Below, piece after piece: positions 36,730 through 46,796 of a DNA stretch of 64,000 nucleotides. This stretch comes from a virus, in IMG/VR virus record IMGVR_UViG_3300037502_002506, positions 2,324 to 66,323 of that record. The stretch is one strand, 5' to 3'. Position 1 is the stretch's first letter. Each line of letters opens with the position of its first letter. Under the pieces are notes generated by a model. That model worked only from the letters and a program-made list of their open reading frames with translations. It did not search any database and was not told the origin of the DNA. Both the position numbers and the translations under genes were made by a program.

Positions 36730-37487
36730 AGACCCATTTCTTTTCTTTTTTGTGTTGCAGAAATAGAGTGAATTTGTTCGCCTAAATCTAATTGCTCAAC
36801 CTTATAACCTACATCACGACCACATACAATGTTTGTAATGTTTGGTAATCTTAGCACCATTGCACTATCCATAAACTTATCTTTATCAATATAACCCTTT
36901 ACCTGATCAAAGGTAAATGGGTCTTTCTCACTTGTGTTATAGGTATTACGGACTCCTACTAGTACCTGGCTTGTTCTCTTCCCCGCTTCTCTGTAGAGTG
37001 CGTGATGCCCTTCATGCCATGGCTGATATCTACCAAGCATTAATGTTGTTGGTGCAGACCAATCATGTAATTTAAATTGTTTAATAATTTCTGTTGCCTT
37101 TTCGTCAGGATTCCATTCGTGACTAATAAAAGCCATATCAAAATTATTAGGAACTTCAAATATCTTATTAGTATCTTCGAATCTGCCCTCTTCGATAGTT
37201 TCCATATAAATCAAAATATCTGGTTTACCAAATGCTGCACGAGTTAATTCTGTCGGACATACAAAATCTACAATTACTGGCGCTACATTTTGCTTTGCAA
37301 TCAACCTCGCCATCTCTCCCATACGACGAGCCTGTTCAATCCTATCTTCAGCGGTAAATCCAAGATCAGAATTAACCGTAGCCCTGACTTCATCTGCATT
37401 AAGATGAATTGCATTAATGCGTTCTTTAAGTGCTTTTGCTAGTTCTGTTTTTCCAGAACCAGGAAGTCCTATAATTTGAATTATCAT
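36726..37487 (-). CDS. Second APS-kinase-like / nucleotidyltransferase fusion
   Basis: Close paralog of 24327..25085. Confidence 0.75.
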   Translation of the reverse strand: MIIQIIGLPGSGKTELAKALKERINAIHLNADEVRATVNSDLGFTAEDRIEQARRMGEMARLIAKQNVAPVIVDFVCPTELTRAAFGKPDILIYMETIEEGRFEDTNKIFEVPNNFDMAFISHEWNPDEKATEIIKQFKLHDWSAPTTLMLGRYQPWHEGHHALYREAGKRTSQVLVGVRNTYNTSEKDPFTFDQVKGYIDKDKFMDSAMVLRLPNITNIVCGRDVGYKVEQLDLGEQIHSISATQKRKEMGL

Positions 37488-37771
37488 TTTTTCTCCATTG
37501 TTAGTGCTTGCCAAATCTCTGACCAATTATCGGAATCCTTGTGACTGTTAAATTCTTTTGATATTGATCCACCCTCTAAGTATATCCCACCCCAAACTCC
37601 CCACTCTTTACTAGAAATGCCTACGGCAAAACAAGTTTTTACTACTGGGCAGTCCTGACATAACTTATCTATGGCAGGTCTTAAAGACTCTTCTTCTTCA
37701 TATTTTTCAAAAAATATATTTGTGTCGTAATCAACACAAGCAGCGCTATCTTTCCATTTTAGTTTGTGCAT
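37484..37771 (-). CDS. whiB: WhiB family transcription factor
   Basis: Four Cys (C..CQDCPVVKTC) and GVWGG. Confidence 0.9.
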   Translation of the reverse strand: MHKLKWKDSAACVDYDTNIFFEKYEEEESLRPAIDKLCQDCPVVKTCFAVGISSKEWGVWGGIYLEGGSISKEFNSHKDSDNWSEIWQALTMEKK

Positions 37772-37976
37772 TTATAAAACTTTCTGGTATATCCCAACCA
37801 TTTTTTCCTGGTATAAACTTACGAGTCATATACCATTTTCCATCAATATATGCACCATATTTTGAGGTTCTACCCTTTTCAGATCTATATCTATTAATAA
37901 CAGACCATCCATCCCAAAATAATGTATTGCTTGAGTTTACTATTTTTTCCATTTGCTCTAATGATTTAATATTCAT
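37746..37976 (-). CDS. Hypothetical protein
   Basis: Operon ORF, AGGAG SD. Confidence 0.65.
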   Translation of the reverse strand: MNIKSLEQMEKIVNSSNTLFWDGWSVINRYRSEKGRTSKYGAYIDGKWYMTRKFIPGKNGWDIPESFINAQTKMER

Positions 37977-37984
37977 ATCTTCTC

Positions 37985-38335
37985 CTAGTATCTAAAGATT
38001 CCAACTTCTATATTTTTTAATTCTGCTTCCTTAACTAATTTTGAAACAGAATCGTTTGGTGTTGATAAAAATGCAAGATAATTAAAGTCTTGTATGTTTT
38101 CTTCAATCCAAGAAGGAGGCACCTTATACATTTTAATCTTCTTGCCCCTTGATCTCATACTGCGTTCAGACACATTAACAAATTCCATTACCATAGAATT
38201 TATTTTTGCTGGTCCTGCTGTATAAATATAAAAGTATGGATCATCCTCTTTAGCACTTGAGAGTGCTACCCCCATAGCACGAAGAAAAACCTGGTAGTCG
38301 TCAAATGACTTACTACCCTGCACTCCCACTATCAT
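37985..38335 (-). CDS. SLOG/YspA-like protein
   Basis: VGVQGSKSFDDY N-terminus. Confidence 0.45.
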   Translation of the reverse strand: MIVGVQGSKSFDDYQVFLRAMGVALSSAKEDDPYFYIYTAGPAKINSMVMEFVNVSERSMRSRGKKIKMYKVPPSWIEENIQDFNYLAFLSTPNDSVSKLVKEAELKNIEVGIFRY

Positions 38336-38738
38336 CTAAAGTCCCTTCTCGTAATTTATCTATAATAAATATCATCTTATCTAATTGTACCCTATTCATA
38401 GTCATTGTGTCAACCCTTCTTGTGGTTTCTTTGTTAACTGTTCCATCAATAGACATATCTGCCACATATAATGCATTATCTTTAATCCAGTAGGCCCTGT
38501 TGTCCATAATTATTACTTTAATGTTATTTTTTGCCTCATGGATCTTAGATTGAGTTTTTTTAATTTTTTTAATTTTTGTGCCTTTCGGTAGTAACGGAAA
38601 TATTAAAGAATGAATATGGCTTTGGCTATACCTTATAGGCTTTATTTTGCTTTCTTGTAATATATTATGTTTAGCCTGAAACTTTTCAAACAAATATATT
38701 AAAATAAAAGCCAATATAAATCCTGATATGTATTTCAT
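38313..38738 (-). CDS. Membrane-anchored hypothetical protein
   Basis: N-terminal hydrophobic helix. Confidence 0.6.
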   Translation of the reverse strand: MKYISGFILAFILIYLFEKFQAKHNILQESKIKPIRYSQSHIHSLIFPLLPKGTKIKKIKKTQSKIHEAKNNIKVIIMDNRAYWIKDNALYVADMSIDGTVNKETTRRVDTMTMNRVQLDKMIFIIDKLREGTLDDSGSAG

Positions 38739-38757
38739 TATGGACTTATTATACTAC

Positions 38758-39081
38758 CTATTGAATCAGATTGCGCTTAATCTCCTTAAGAGAAAATTGC
38801 ATGTCTTCATCTAATTCATTAATATTTGTTTCATTAAAGGCACGACTAGTTAATGAAACCATCGGATTGTTTGAAGTAACATCCATATTGATAAATCCCA
38901 ATTCCCAAAGTTTCATGGCAGAAGATATAAAATTATCTAATACCAATTTATGTAACTCAGGGTTTATCTTTTCTAAATCTTTATTAAAGGTATACAGCAT
39001 TTCTCCAGTATCTGGATCAAGTGCTGCTGGCTCTACTACCCCAGATAATACCAATTTGTCGAAATCACTTGGTTCTTGCAT
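38758..39081 (-). CDS. Hypothetical protein
   Basis: Operon ORF; start uncertain. Confidence 0.6.
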   Translation of the reverse strand: MQEPSDFDKLVLSGVVEPAALDPDTGEMLYTFNKDLEKINPELHKLVLDNFISSAMKLWELGFINMDVTSNNPMVSLTSRAFNETNINELDEDMQFSLKEIKRNLIQ

Positions 39082-39484
39082 TTTTTGACTTTTCTCGCTG
39101 TTGGGCAAGTACAGCAAAATCTTTTACCTTGGTATCTCCAAGATATCCCCAAGCATATCCATCCTCAATCATATGATCATTAATAGATACGGTGTCTCCA
39201 TTAACATAAAGCCAACCAAGAATTCTGCCATACTTCTCAGAAGAATCTGGTTTTTCAGTTTTAATTACTATTAACTCTGCGTCTTTTAATTTTGTTTTAA
39301 GATATTCTTTTGCTTCAAGTCCAAGACTTTTTTCAAACTTATCCTTGGTGCGTGATTCTGGAGTGTCAATACCAGCAAGGCGTACTCGTTGGGAGTAGGA
39401 CACATTGAAGCCAAGGTCAATGTCCACATCAATAGTGTCTCCATCTACCACTCCCGTAATCTTTTTTACTCTATATTCGTACAT
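39065..39484 (-). CDS. Thermonuclease (SNase) family
   Basis: VVDGDT, VRLAGIDTPE, KYGRIL. Confidence 0.9.
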   Translation of the reverse strand: MYEYRVKKITGVVDGDTIDVDIDLGFNVSYSQRVRLAGIDTPESRTKDKFEKSLGLEAKEYLKTKLKDAELIVIKTEKPDSSEKYGRILGWLYVNGDTVSINDHMIEDGYAWGYLGDTKVKDFAVLAQQREKSKNARTK

Positions 39485-39741
39485 TAGTTCTCGCTTCCAA
39501 CCTGTCGGTTTTCAATAAGTCGCTCTCTTTCGTCAACAATTTCTAATGCAAACTTCATCATATTGTCATACCCAATTGCATTATCCATTGCCTTATTGTA
39601 ATGATGTCCACAAAACAATAGGTCAGACCCATTCTTTCCGATCACCTTTACATAAGCCTGAGCAGAGCAACGATCACAACGATCTGTTGCATCAAGAAGC
39701 CATACCTTTTCTTCTTCTTTGCTCTTTAGCATACTGAACAT
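39484..39741 (-). CDS. Small Zn-binding protein typical of Actinobacteria
   Basis: DRCDRCSAQAY...LLFCGHH. Confidence 0.7.
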   Translation of the reverse strand: MFSMLKSKEEEKVWLLDATDRCDRCSAQAYVKVIGKNGSDLLFCGHHYNKAMDNAIGYDNMMKFALEIVDERERLIENRQVGSEN

Positions 39742-39742
39742 A

Positions 39743-39928
39743 TTATACCTTTCTATTATCAGTTTTATAAAAACCAGAGCCGTTAAAGGTGACTCCTATA
39801 TTAGAGTATACACGAACTAAAGGTTTATCGCAAGTCTCGCAGGCATAACCTGGATCTTCATCAGACATCGATCTAACTTTTGTATATCGTACAGCACATG
39901 CCATACAATCATATTCATATGATGGCAT
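39743..39928 (-). CDS. FmdB family zinc-ribbon protein
   Basis: MPSYEYDC..C...C..C...FNGSGFYKTD. Confidence 0.85.
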   Translation of the reverse strand: MPSYEYDCMACAVRYTKVRSMSDEDPGYACETCDKPLVRVYSNIGVTFNGSGFYKTDNRKV

Positions 39929-40037
39929 TATTTATTCTTTGTCTTAGCCTTTACCTGCCATACAGGAAGTTTTAAATTGTCTCCAGACCACTCATAGCCT
40001 AGAAGTTTGACAACGAACTTAATAATTTTAATACGCA

Positions 40038-40256
40038 TTATTTCACCTTCTTGCCAAATTTGGCCCAGACTCTTTCGTGAAGATAATAAAATGTCATCTC
40101 TAGTGCCATATACGATATCGCATATAGACCAACATATTCCCATTCAGCCTCACCATAAATTATATGACTTACTGCAAATAAAATTCCAGCAACAAATGTA
40201 AAATGTACAAATGGCCAACTAATTGTTTTTAGCAGGCTTTTCTTTTTTGATTCCAT
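40038..40256 (-). CDS. DUF2061 membrane protein
   Basis: KSLLKTISW...YYLHERVW. Confidence 0.75.
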   Translation of the reverse strand: MESKKKSLLKTISWPFVHFTFVAGILFAVSHIIYGEAEWEYVGLYAISYMALEMTFYYLHERVWAKFGKKVK

Positions 40257-40283
40257 AACTCCTCCTATTTATATTATAGCACC

Positions 40284-41705
40284 CTACCTGCAGATTGTAA
40301 AGTTATATGTATTTTCCCATGCCGTGATGTCTTTTTCATCATTCAATAAAGGCTGTCCCTTTATGTTTAAACTTGTATTTAGTAGTATTGGAACCCCAGT
40401 CATAGTATACCAATTAGATAGAACCTCGTATAGACCTGGATGCTGTTGTCTATTGACCGTCTGCACCCTTGAGGTTCCGTCTTTATGAACAACAGATGGT
40501 ATTTTGTCTGGCCTTAAGCATTTTACAGCATACTGCATGTATGGCGATGAAAATCTCATGTCAAACCATTTATCAGCGTGTTCTTCCATAACTACTGGAG
40601 CAAAAGGTCTAAATAGTTCTCTTTTTTTAATAAGATTAACTTTATCTTTTATGAGTGGGTCTCTAGGATCAGCAAAAATTGATCTATTGCCTAAAGCCCT
40701 AGGACCATACTCTGCTCTTCCTGTTGCTACTGCTGCCACCTTATCTCTAATTAAACTAGTAATAATTTGATTTACTGGATACTCCCCGCCTAAATCATGA
40801 CCAAGGTATGGGCTTTTCCAATTTAAATGCTTTCCATAAAACGCTGCTGCTGCACCAAGAGATGATCCTGCGTCTCCAGGATTGGGCATAATCCATACAT
40901 CATCAAACATTCTCCAAAGCATCGTATTCGCTGCACAATTTAAAGCACATCCCCCCATAAAAACAAGATTGCGCTTGCCTGTAAGTTTTTGTGCCATCGA
41001 CATAAAGTTTACTAATCTATTTTCATATACCCGTTGTACTGCTGCTGCAATATCAAACTTATCTTGTTCTGTAATGGGCATATCCCAATCAAAAATGCCT
41101 TTATGAAAGTTATATTTTTGTTTTTGTAAGTCTGGGAAATATTCATTTACCTTAAGAAAATATTTTGACCAATCTCCATATGCCGCCATGCCCATAAATA
41201 TATATTCTTCTTCATTAGGTTTTAGTCCAACTAACTGCGTAAATGCCGAATAAAATAATCCAAAACTAAATGGATAATTTTTTTTATAAACAGATTTTAT
41301 ATCTGATCCTTGACCCACCCAAATACTTGAAGTGTTATATTCTCCGATTGCATCTAATACAACTATGACCGCATCATTAAACTTACTTGTATAGTACCCA
41401 GCGCAAGCATGTGAATAATGATGATTAAAATATTTAATTGGTAAATCCATTGGGATATTCGGCTTCCAATCAGCAGCCCCACCCTTTAAAAATATTCTTG
41501 ATCTTTTCAACTGAGGATGCTCGTAGTATGCAATATGTGTTGGCGTCCCATAATTTAAGAGATCTAGGTAAATATCTTTATTGTTATACCAGTCATTTTT
41601 TTGCTTGCTGTACCTTTCTGCATGTCCAGAAAATAAAATTTCTCCGTCTTTAATTAAAGATACAGAAGCGTCATGAGAAGTTTCATTTATTCCAAGTATT
41701 ATCAT
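40284..41705 (-). CDS. Carbamoyltransferase (CmcH/NodU family)
   Basis: HDAS, ERYS, HHYSHA, GGCALN, GPRALGNRS, FRPFAP, NTSLN. Confidence 0.92.
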   Translation of the reverse strand: MIILGINETSHDASVSLIKDGEILFSGHAERYSKQKNDWYNNKDIYLDLLNYGTPTHIAYYEHPQLKRSRIFLKGGAADWKPNIPMDLPIKYFNHHYSHACAGYYTSKFNDAVIVVLDAIGEYNTSSIWVGQGSDIKSVYKKNYPFSFGLFYSAFTQLVGLKPNEEEYIFMGMAAYGDWSKYFLKVNEYFPDLQKQKYNFHKGIFDWDMPITEQDKFDIAAAVQRVYENRLVNFMSMAQKLTGKRNLVFMGGCALNCAANTMLWRMFDDVWIMPNPGDAGSSLGAAAAFYGKHLNWKSPYLGHDLGGEYPVNQIITSLIRDKVAAVATGRAEYGPRALGNRSIFADPRDPLIKDKVNLIKKRELFRPFAPVVMEEHADKWFDMRFSSPYMQYAVKCLRPDKIPSVVHKDGTSRVQTVNRQQHPGLYEVLSNWYTMTGVPILLNTSLNIKGQPLLNDEKDITAWENTYNFTICR

Positions 41706-41789
41706 TTTAATAAATATACCTTCTATTATTGTCTGCCTTTTTTATTTTACGAATTAAAAAATAAAGTTTAATTTTTTTAATTATTTTTT

Positions 41790-42449
41790 TCATGCTTCTC
41801 CTGTCGAATAGACCATTTCTCTCATATTATGATACCAATGAGGCAAGGAATACCTAGAACCGCTTGTTATTGGATATACTTCGTGAACATATAAAAAGTT
41901 AGAAGGAAAAAAAATAATACTTCCTGCAGGAGGCTTAATTTTTATTTTAGAATTTTGAAACTCTATCTCTCCACCCTCATAGTCATCGTTTAGATAACTT
42001 ACAGTGGAAAGAATCCTACTGCTAATGCCGTGATCAATATGTGCAGGCAAAAATCCGCCAACTTCGTATCTTAATAAATGAATGCTGAATTCTCTATTTT
42101 TTATATTTTTTCCACAAAAGGGATAAAGTGTGTTTGCATAATGATTGGTAGCAAAATCTAAAGATTCATATAGTTTTTTGGATATACTTAGTTGCTCATT
42201 AAAATAATAATCGCTAGGCTTTATGGCATGCCGTGGGGGTAAAAACTTTTGCCAACAAAAAGTTTCCATAGTTTTAGCGCTTTCATTTTGCCATGGCTTC
42301 CATGGCTTTATATTAGTAAAAGATGTTCCATGTTCTTTATTCTCGTATCTTTTATCTAAAGAGTTAAGGTCTTCTATAATTTGTCCAGGTTCTTTAATTA
42401 CATTTTTATATAATACTAAACCAAGATCTAAAATTTCATATTCTAGCAA
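41790..42449 (-). CDS. 2OG-Fe(II) oxygenase
   Basis: HID, YLNDDYEGGE, HEV, RYS; TTG start inferred. Confidence 0.85.
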   Translation of the reverse strand: MLEYEILDLGLVLYKNVIKEPGQIIEDLNSLDKRYENKEHGTSFTNIKPWKPWQNESAKTMETFCWQKFLPPRHAIKPSDYYFNEQLSISKKLYESLDFATNHYANTLYPFCGKNIKNREFSIHLLRYEVGGFLPAHIDHGISSRILSTVSYLNDDYEGGEIEFQNSKIKIKPPAGSIIFFPSNFLYVHEVYPITSGSRYSLPHWYHNMREMVYSTGEA

Positions 42450-43032
42450 GAGGATATACACCAGCCTTCCATAAGCCTGGATTAGGATGATAATCTGGAT
42501 CTGCATGTTGTGGCAGACTAGTATGCATAAAAAGCGCTGTAAATCTTTCACCACGGGTAACTGTAGTTATTCCATGAATATATTCTGTTCCCGCTCCTGG
42601 AAAAAATACTGCAGAATACTGTTTTGGTTTATACTGAAAATCTTGGTTTGGAAAATAAATTACTCCACCATCATAACTTTTTTCATCACTTAAATAAATA
42701 ATTGTACTAAACTCAATAAAAGATTCGGGGTCTTGTGCATCAATATGTAGTCCGCCCTTAGTTCCAGGCACCCAGTGAGATCCAAAACCTTTAAACACAT
42801 ATATTGGATTTACAAATCCATTTAACGCTTTGTGCATTTCGTTAGATTTTTTCCCATATCTTATCATTATATCTTGTACCGTTTTGTTGTATGGTAATGA
42901 AGTTCCGCCATATCTATCAGAGTAATACTTTGGGTATGGATTTTTTTCTGAATTAGGGTCTAGTTGTTGCTGAATTAGAGTCGCTGCATCATCTGGTGTA
43001 ATAAAATTTTCTATAACTGTTATTCTATGCAT
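42436..43032 (-). CDS. 2OG-Fe(II) oxygenase
   Basis: HID, YDGG, HGI, RFT. Confidence 0.8.
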   Translation of the reverse strand: MHRITVIENFITPDDAATLIQQQLDPNSEKNPYPKYYSDRYGGTSLPYNKTVQDIMIRYGKKSNEMHKALNGFVNPIYVFKGFGSHWVPGTKGGLHIDAQDPESFIEFSTIIYLSDEKSYDGGVIYFPNQDFQYKPKQYSAVFFPGAGTEYIHGITTVTRGERFTALFMHTSLPQHADPDYHPNPGLWKAGVYPLARI

Positions 43033-43054
43033 AATTATCTCCTATTATACTGTA

Positions 43055-43885
43055 CTAGGTTATTTGTACCTTATTATATCCCGCTATAAATCTTGGGGCA
43101 TTCATATTTTCAAGACTAATATTATAATCACTATAATAAACATCATCAACCTGATAAGGAATTTCTAGTATATCTCCAATGGATATACCGTGAAAAGATT
43201 CAAACTTATCATTATTTTCTTTTTTTATTATTGATAACATTTTGTTGTATCCATGATTTATTGAAAATGATTTGTATGTATTGGAATTTTCTTGTATTTC
43301 CTTATGGTATAAATTAGTCGGCAATGAATATATGCTATATCCCTTATTTACAAATAGCAAAGACGCAAAAAGATCTTGTCCAATTTCTTTTAATTTTTTT
43401 AATTTAATTAAAGTCATTGCATCAATTTGAGAGCAAAATATTAAATCTGTATCAACATAATTTGTTTCTTTTATTGAATCAGAGTATTGCCTGTCTACAA
43501 CAACATGATGCTTATTTATAGATAATTTTGGCATACCGAATCCAGAAATTATTTGTTTATCATCAATGTTGGAAGTTAAATAAATATCCCATTCATTCAT
43601 TAAAGAAATATTTGGATTTATTTCTAAATAATATTTACAATTACTATAATGCAATAAGGCCATGTTTCTGTAATAGGTTATAGATTTCATATCATCCCAT
43701 TTAATATGATTATATACAATATCAGCATCTACTTTATTAAACAAAAAATCTCTATTGACATTATTTTGATCATAAACATAATAGGTTATGCCATTTTGGT
43801 TGCTTTGTTTACTTATTATATCTTGTAAATTTTCTAATAAGTTTTTATTTTTATAACCATAAACAAAAACTTTTATAGATGTCAT
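43055..43885 (-). CDS. Hypothetical protein, possibly degenerate glycosyltransferase fold
   Basis: Long ORF in modification cluster; no clear DxD. Confidence 0.4.
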   Translation of the reverse strand: MTSIKVFVYGYKNKNLLENLQDIISKQSNQNGITYYVYDQNNVNRDFLFNKVDADIVYNHIKWDDMKSITYYRNMALLHYSNCKYYLEINPNISLMNEWDIYLTSNIDDKQIISGFGMPKLSINKHHVVVDRQYSDSIKETNYVDTDLIFCSQIDAMTLIKLKKLKEIGQDLFASLLFVNKGYSIYSLPTNLYHKEIQENSNTYKSFSINHGYNKMLSIIKKENNDKFESFHGISIGDILEIPYQVDDVYYSDYNISLENMNAPRFIAGYNKVQIT

Positions 43886-43886
43886 G

Positions 43887-44555
43887 TTATACCAATGGAA
43901 TCCAGTGTTGTGGCAATGCCGAAGTCATCCTTAAAGAAGCAAGTGGAGCAATGTCATATGCCAAAGTAATTCTTGGCCCATCCCAATCCCAGTCTCCCAT
44001 CGCATGAGGGTGTCCCATTTCAGAAAGAATAAGCCTGTTGTCTTTATTATGATTTTCAATAATTAATTCATCTTTATTTTCTAACTTATAAAAAGTTGAT
44101 GAAGGCTCTGCCTTAATACAATAATACCCATGCCAAAATGGCGCCCAAGGACCGCCATGGTCATGCCAATTTAACTTTCCAAGTTTACGATCATTAATAT
44201 TAAACCATCCCTGAATATAATATTTTTGCTGTTTAAAGTTAACCCCATAGTAATCGCAAGCCTCAAGGGTGAGATCTTTTACTGCAGAATAAACATTATA
44301 AATTTCTTCTGTGTAAAATTGAAAAACATTATACTCTGACCACTTAACGGTAGAAACGCTACCAGATTCGATCCAAAATTTATCGTTTTCTGATCCCACT
44401 GGAGATACTCCACGCAAATTTGTATTTTGGATATCTCTATATACCTGAATTAGATCATTTGTCATTTGGTTTAAATCATTATTTAAATACTTTTCAAAAA
44501 ATTTATGTGGTTTGTTATAAGTTTTTGGTATATTATAAATATTAAAGCCTTGCAT
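43887..44555 (-). CDS. 2OG-Fe(II)/cupin-fold oxygenase-like protein
   Basis: WFNIN, WHDH, GYY, H, RITLAYD. Confidence 0.6.
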   Translation of the reverse strand: MQGFNIYNIPKTYNKPHKFFEKYLNNDLNQMTNDLIQVYRDIQNTNLRGVSPVGSENDKFWIESGSVSTVKWSEYNVFQFYTEEIYNVYSAVKDLTLEACDYYGVNFKQQKYYIQGWFNINDRKLGKLNWHDHGGPWAPFWHGYYCIKAEPSSTFYKLENKDELIIENHNKDNRLILSEMGHPHAMGDWDWDGPRITLAYDIAPLASLRMTSALPQHWIPLV

Positions 44556-44592
44556 ATTTTCTCCTTTTATGATTACTATCTATTATACACTA

Positions 44593-45324
44593 TTAATAGT
44601 TTTTTCTTTGCCATGTAGATTTTTTATAATGTGCTGTAATGTGTGAGCGTCTTTTTTCTTCTTTTATTTTATTTTCCCAATGCTTCTCTTCGGAATAATC
44701 TAGTTCAAGAGACCAGTCTTCTCTTTTTATTGGAATCATTTGAAATAAAGGTGTACCTTTTTCTATAACCCCTTCAAAACCTCTTTTAAGAAAAAATGAA
44801 AAGAATACAGGCAGTCCCCAAATATCGCTATCCACTATTCCAGATGGACTATAAAAGGGCAAGTCATATCTATTAAAAGGATGAGTTATTAAAAGAGAAT
44901 ACCCTGGAGGGGTTTCATAATACCAAAACATTTTCCATCCAAAGTGGATTGGATGGCATTCTTTTGGAATAGCAAAATCTACTAAAGGTCTGGTATCAAT
45001 TAATGGAACTTCTGTTTTCCAAAATAAAGACGGCTTTTCATCTTTATCTAATACAACTTCAACATCTTCTGGCAATGTTTGAATGTATCCAGATGTCATA
45101 GCATCCATTAATGGATTACAAAGTTTAGTAGATACATCAGAGCCATCTTGACCTCGATCATTTACTGGATGTAAAAAACTTTTACTATGACTTGATCCAT
45201 GACGATAACCTGCTAAATCTTTATACCAGTCTGGCAAAACTGAAAGCGCTTTTACTGGAGGAGTATTATATAAACTATTATTTGCATTGACTCCAGTTGG
45301 AGAAAATATTACTTTATTTACCAT
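44593..45324 (-). CDS. Hypothetical protein commonly found beside phage oxygenases
   Basis: KLCNPLMDAMTSGY, TPPGYSLL, GIVDSD, GTPLFQ. Confidence 0.6.
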   Translation of the reverse strand: MVNKVIFSPTGVNANNSLYNTPPVKALSVLPDWYKDLAGYRHGSSHSKSFLHPVNDRGQDGSDVSTKLCNPLMDAMTSGYIQTLPEDVEVVLDKDEKPSLFWKTEVPLIDTRPLVDFAIPKECHPIHFGWKMFWYYETPPGYSLLITHPFNRYDLPFYSPSGIVDSDIWGLPVFFSFFLKRGFEGVIEKGTPLFQMIPIKREDWSLELDYSEEKHWENKIKEEKRRSHITAHYKKSTWQRKNY

Positions 45325-45979
45325 ATTCTCTTTCTACTTTATCAATAATTTCTTTATTTTCAATAATTATATCACATATGGGTGTGTTAATTGGAATTAC
45401 TCCGTAAATATAATCATTATATTTTTCTATATGGTCTCCTTCAGACTTAATTAAAAAATGAAACCAATCGCAATTCCAATCTTCATTCTGATTTAGTTTA
45501 TAAAAATTTACCTTTGTATTTAAAATTTTAAATGGAGAATCTTCTATTTCTTTTATACTTAATGTTAAATTTTCATCAAAAATCCATGGTATGTAAAATT
45601 TATAACAAGCATTAAAATAACCTTGTAAATTACCAACAGATATTTCGGAAGGATAAAACTGTCTTTGCCATGTTTTGTCTAAAGCATATAATCCATCTCG
45701 CATTGGCTGAAACCATATTTCTGCATGTGTAAAATATCTTAAGTGTATTGTCTCGTTGTTTTTTATAATTTTTGGCCTTGGCCAAAACTCTTTGGCATAA
45801 CCATTTATTGGTTTTAAAATATTATCATAGTAAAAACTATGAACAATGGGTTGTGATGATGCCCAAACCCCAGGCATAGTTATGTTTGCCTTTACTATTT
45901 CTGTAAAACTTTTATTTTCTGAATTAATCCAAAATTCGGATCCGATTCTGTTTTTGTTTACTAATCTCTTTATATCCAT
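45314..45979 (-). CDS. Hypothetical protein
   Basis: Operon ORF. Confidence 0.6.
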   Translation of the reverse strand: MDIKRLVNKNRIGSEFWINSENKSFTEIVKANITMPGVWASSQPIVHSFYYDNILKPINGYAKEFWPRPKIIKNNETIHLRYFTHAEIWFQPMRDGLYALDKTWQRQFYPSEISVGNLQGYFNACYKFYIPWIFDENLTLSIKEIEDSPFKILNTKVNFYKLNQNEDWNCDWFHFLIKSEGDHIEKYNDYIYGVIPINTPICDIIIENKEIIDKVEREYGK

Positions 45980-45988
45980 GACGTCACA

Positions 45989-46192
45989 TTAAATAAATAT
46001 TCTAACTACATGTTCGCATGGGTCTCCCCCTGCTTCCCATTCCTCTAACTCTTCTTCACCCATATACTGATATCCCCCATCGTGGGTGTGACAGTATGGA
46101 TCGCTAATCCAGCCTCTTTCAATACCGTTTTGCAACCAAATACCAAATTCTTGTTCCTCTGGAGACAAATCTTCCATACCCATATGATTCAT
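45989..46192 (-). CDS. Small acidic protein
   Basis: CHTHDG...DPCEH; leaderless-type start. Confidence 0.65.
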   Translation of the reverse strand: MNHMGMEDLSPEEQEFGIWLQNGIERGWISDPYCHTHDGGYQYMGEEELEEWEAGGDPCEHVVRIFI

Positions 46193-46207
46193 ATATTTAT
46201 TGTACTC

Positions 46208-46741
46208 CTAAATGCTTAGGATGTCAATAGGACCTTTGCAAGACGTGGAATGGGTAATAGCAGCATTTACTGCAAGTACCGCCCTTTTCCTTGCATCCTT
46301 TTGTTTTTGTGTTGAATACAATGAGCCTAATGCTAAATCTCCACCAGAACCCATTGCTAAATAATCTTGTTCGTATTGTGTTAACGACATATCGGCTGCA
46401 TTATGCTCATATATTTTTCCACGCACACAGATAATCATTCCAAAATCTGATGACGTAGATGTATCTACCCACCAACCTTCATAAAAATTACGCAAGGCTT
46501 TCAAAAACTTACTATACATAAACTTATCAATACTTCCACGACCCTCAAATTGTGGAGGCACAAATAAATGCCTTATCCTATCTCCGTCCATTGATCCAGC
46601 GTATCCAAATAGGTAGCCTTCTTTTTTCCATATCTTAGGACTTGAAGATATATTTACTGTATTGTCATCTGAGATAGCACGATCACCAGCCATCCATATT
46701 TTATTATTTACTTTGTCACGAACGACTGCGATACAAGTCAT
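46208..46741 (-). CDS. Ntn-hydrolase, HslV/proteasome-beta-like protease
   Basis: N-terminal (M)TCIAV, AGD, K, AMGSGG. Confidence 0.7.
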   Translation of the reverse strand: MTCIAVVRDKVNNKIWMAGDRAISDDNTVNISSSPKIWKKEGYLFGYAGSMDGDRIRHLFVPPQFEGRGSIDKFMYSKFLKALRNFYEGWWVDTSTSSDFGMIICVRGKIYEHNAADMSLTQYEQDYLAMGSGGDLALGSLYSTQKQKDARKRAVLAVNAAITHSTSCKGPIDILSI

Positions 46742-46796
46742 TACATACCCTTCTGTGTTTAGTATTTAGTATAGCATTGAACTAAAAATGTGTCAA

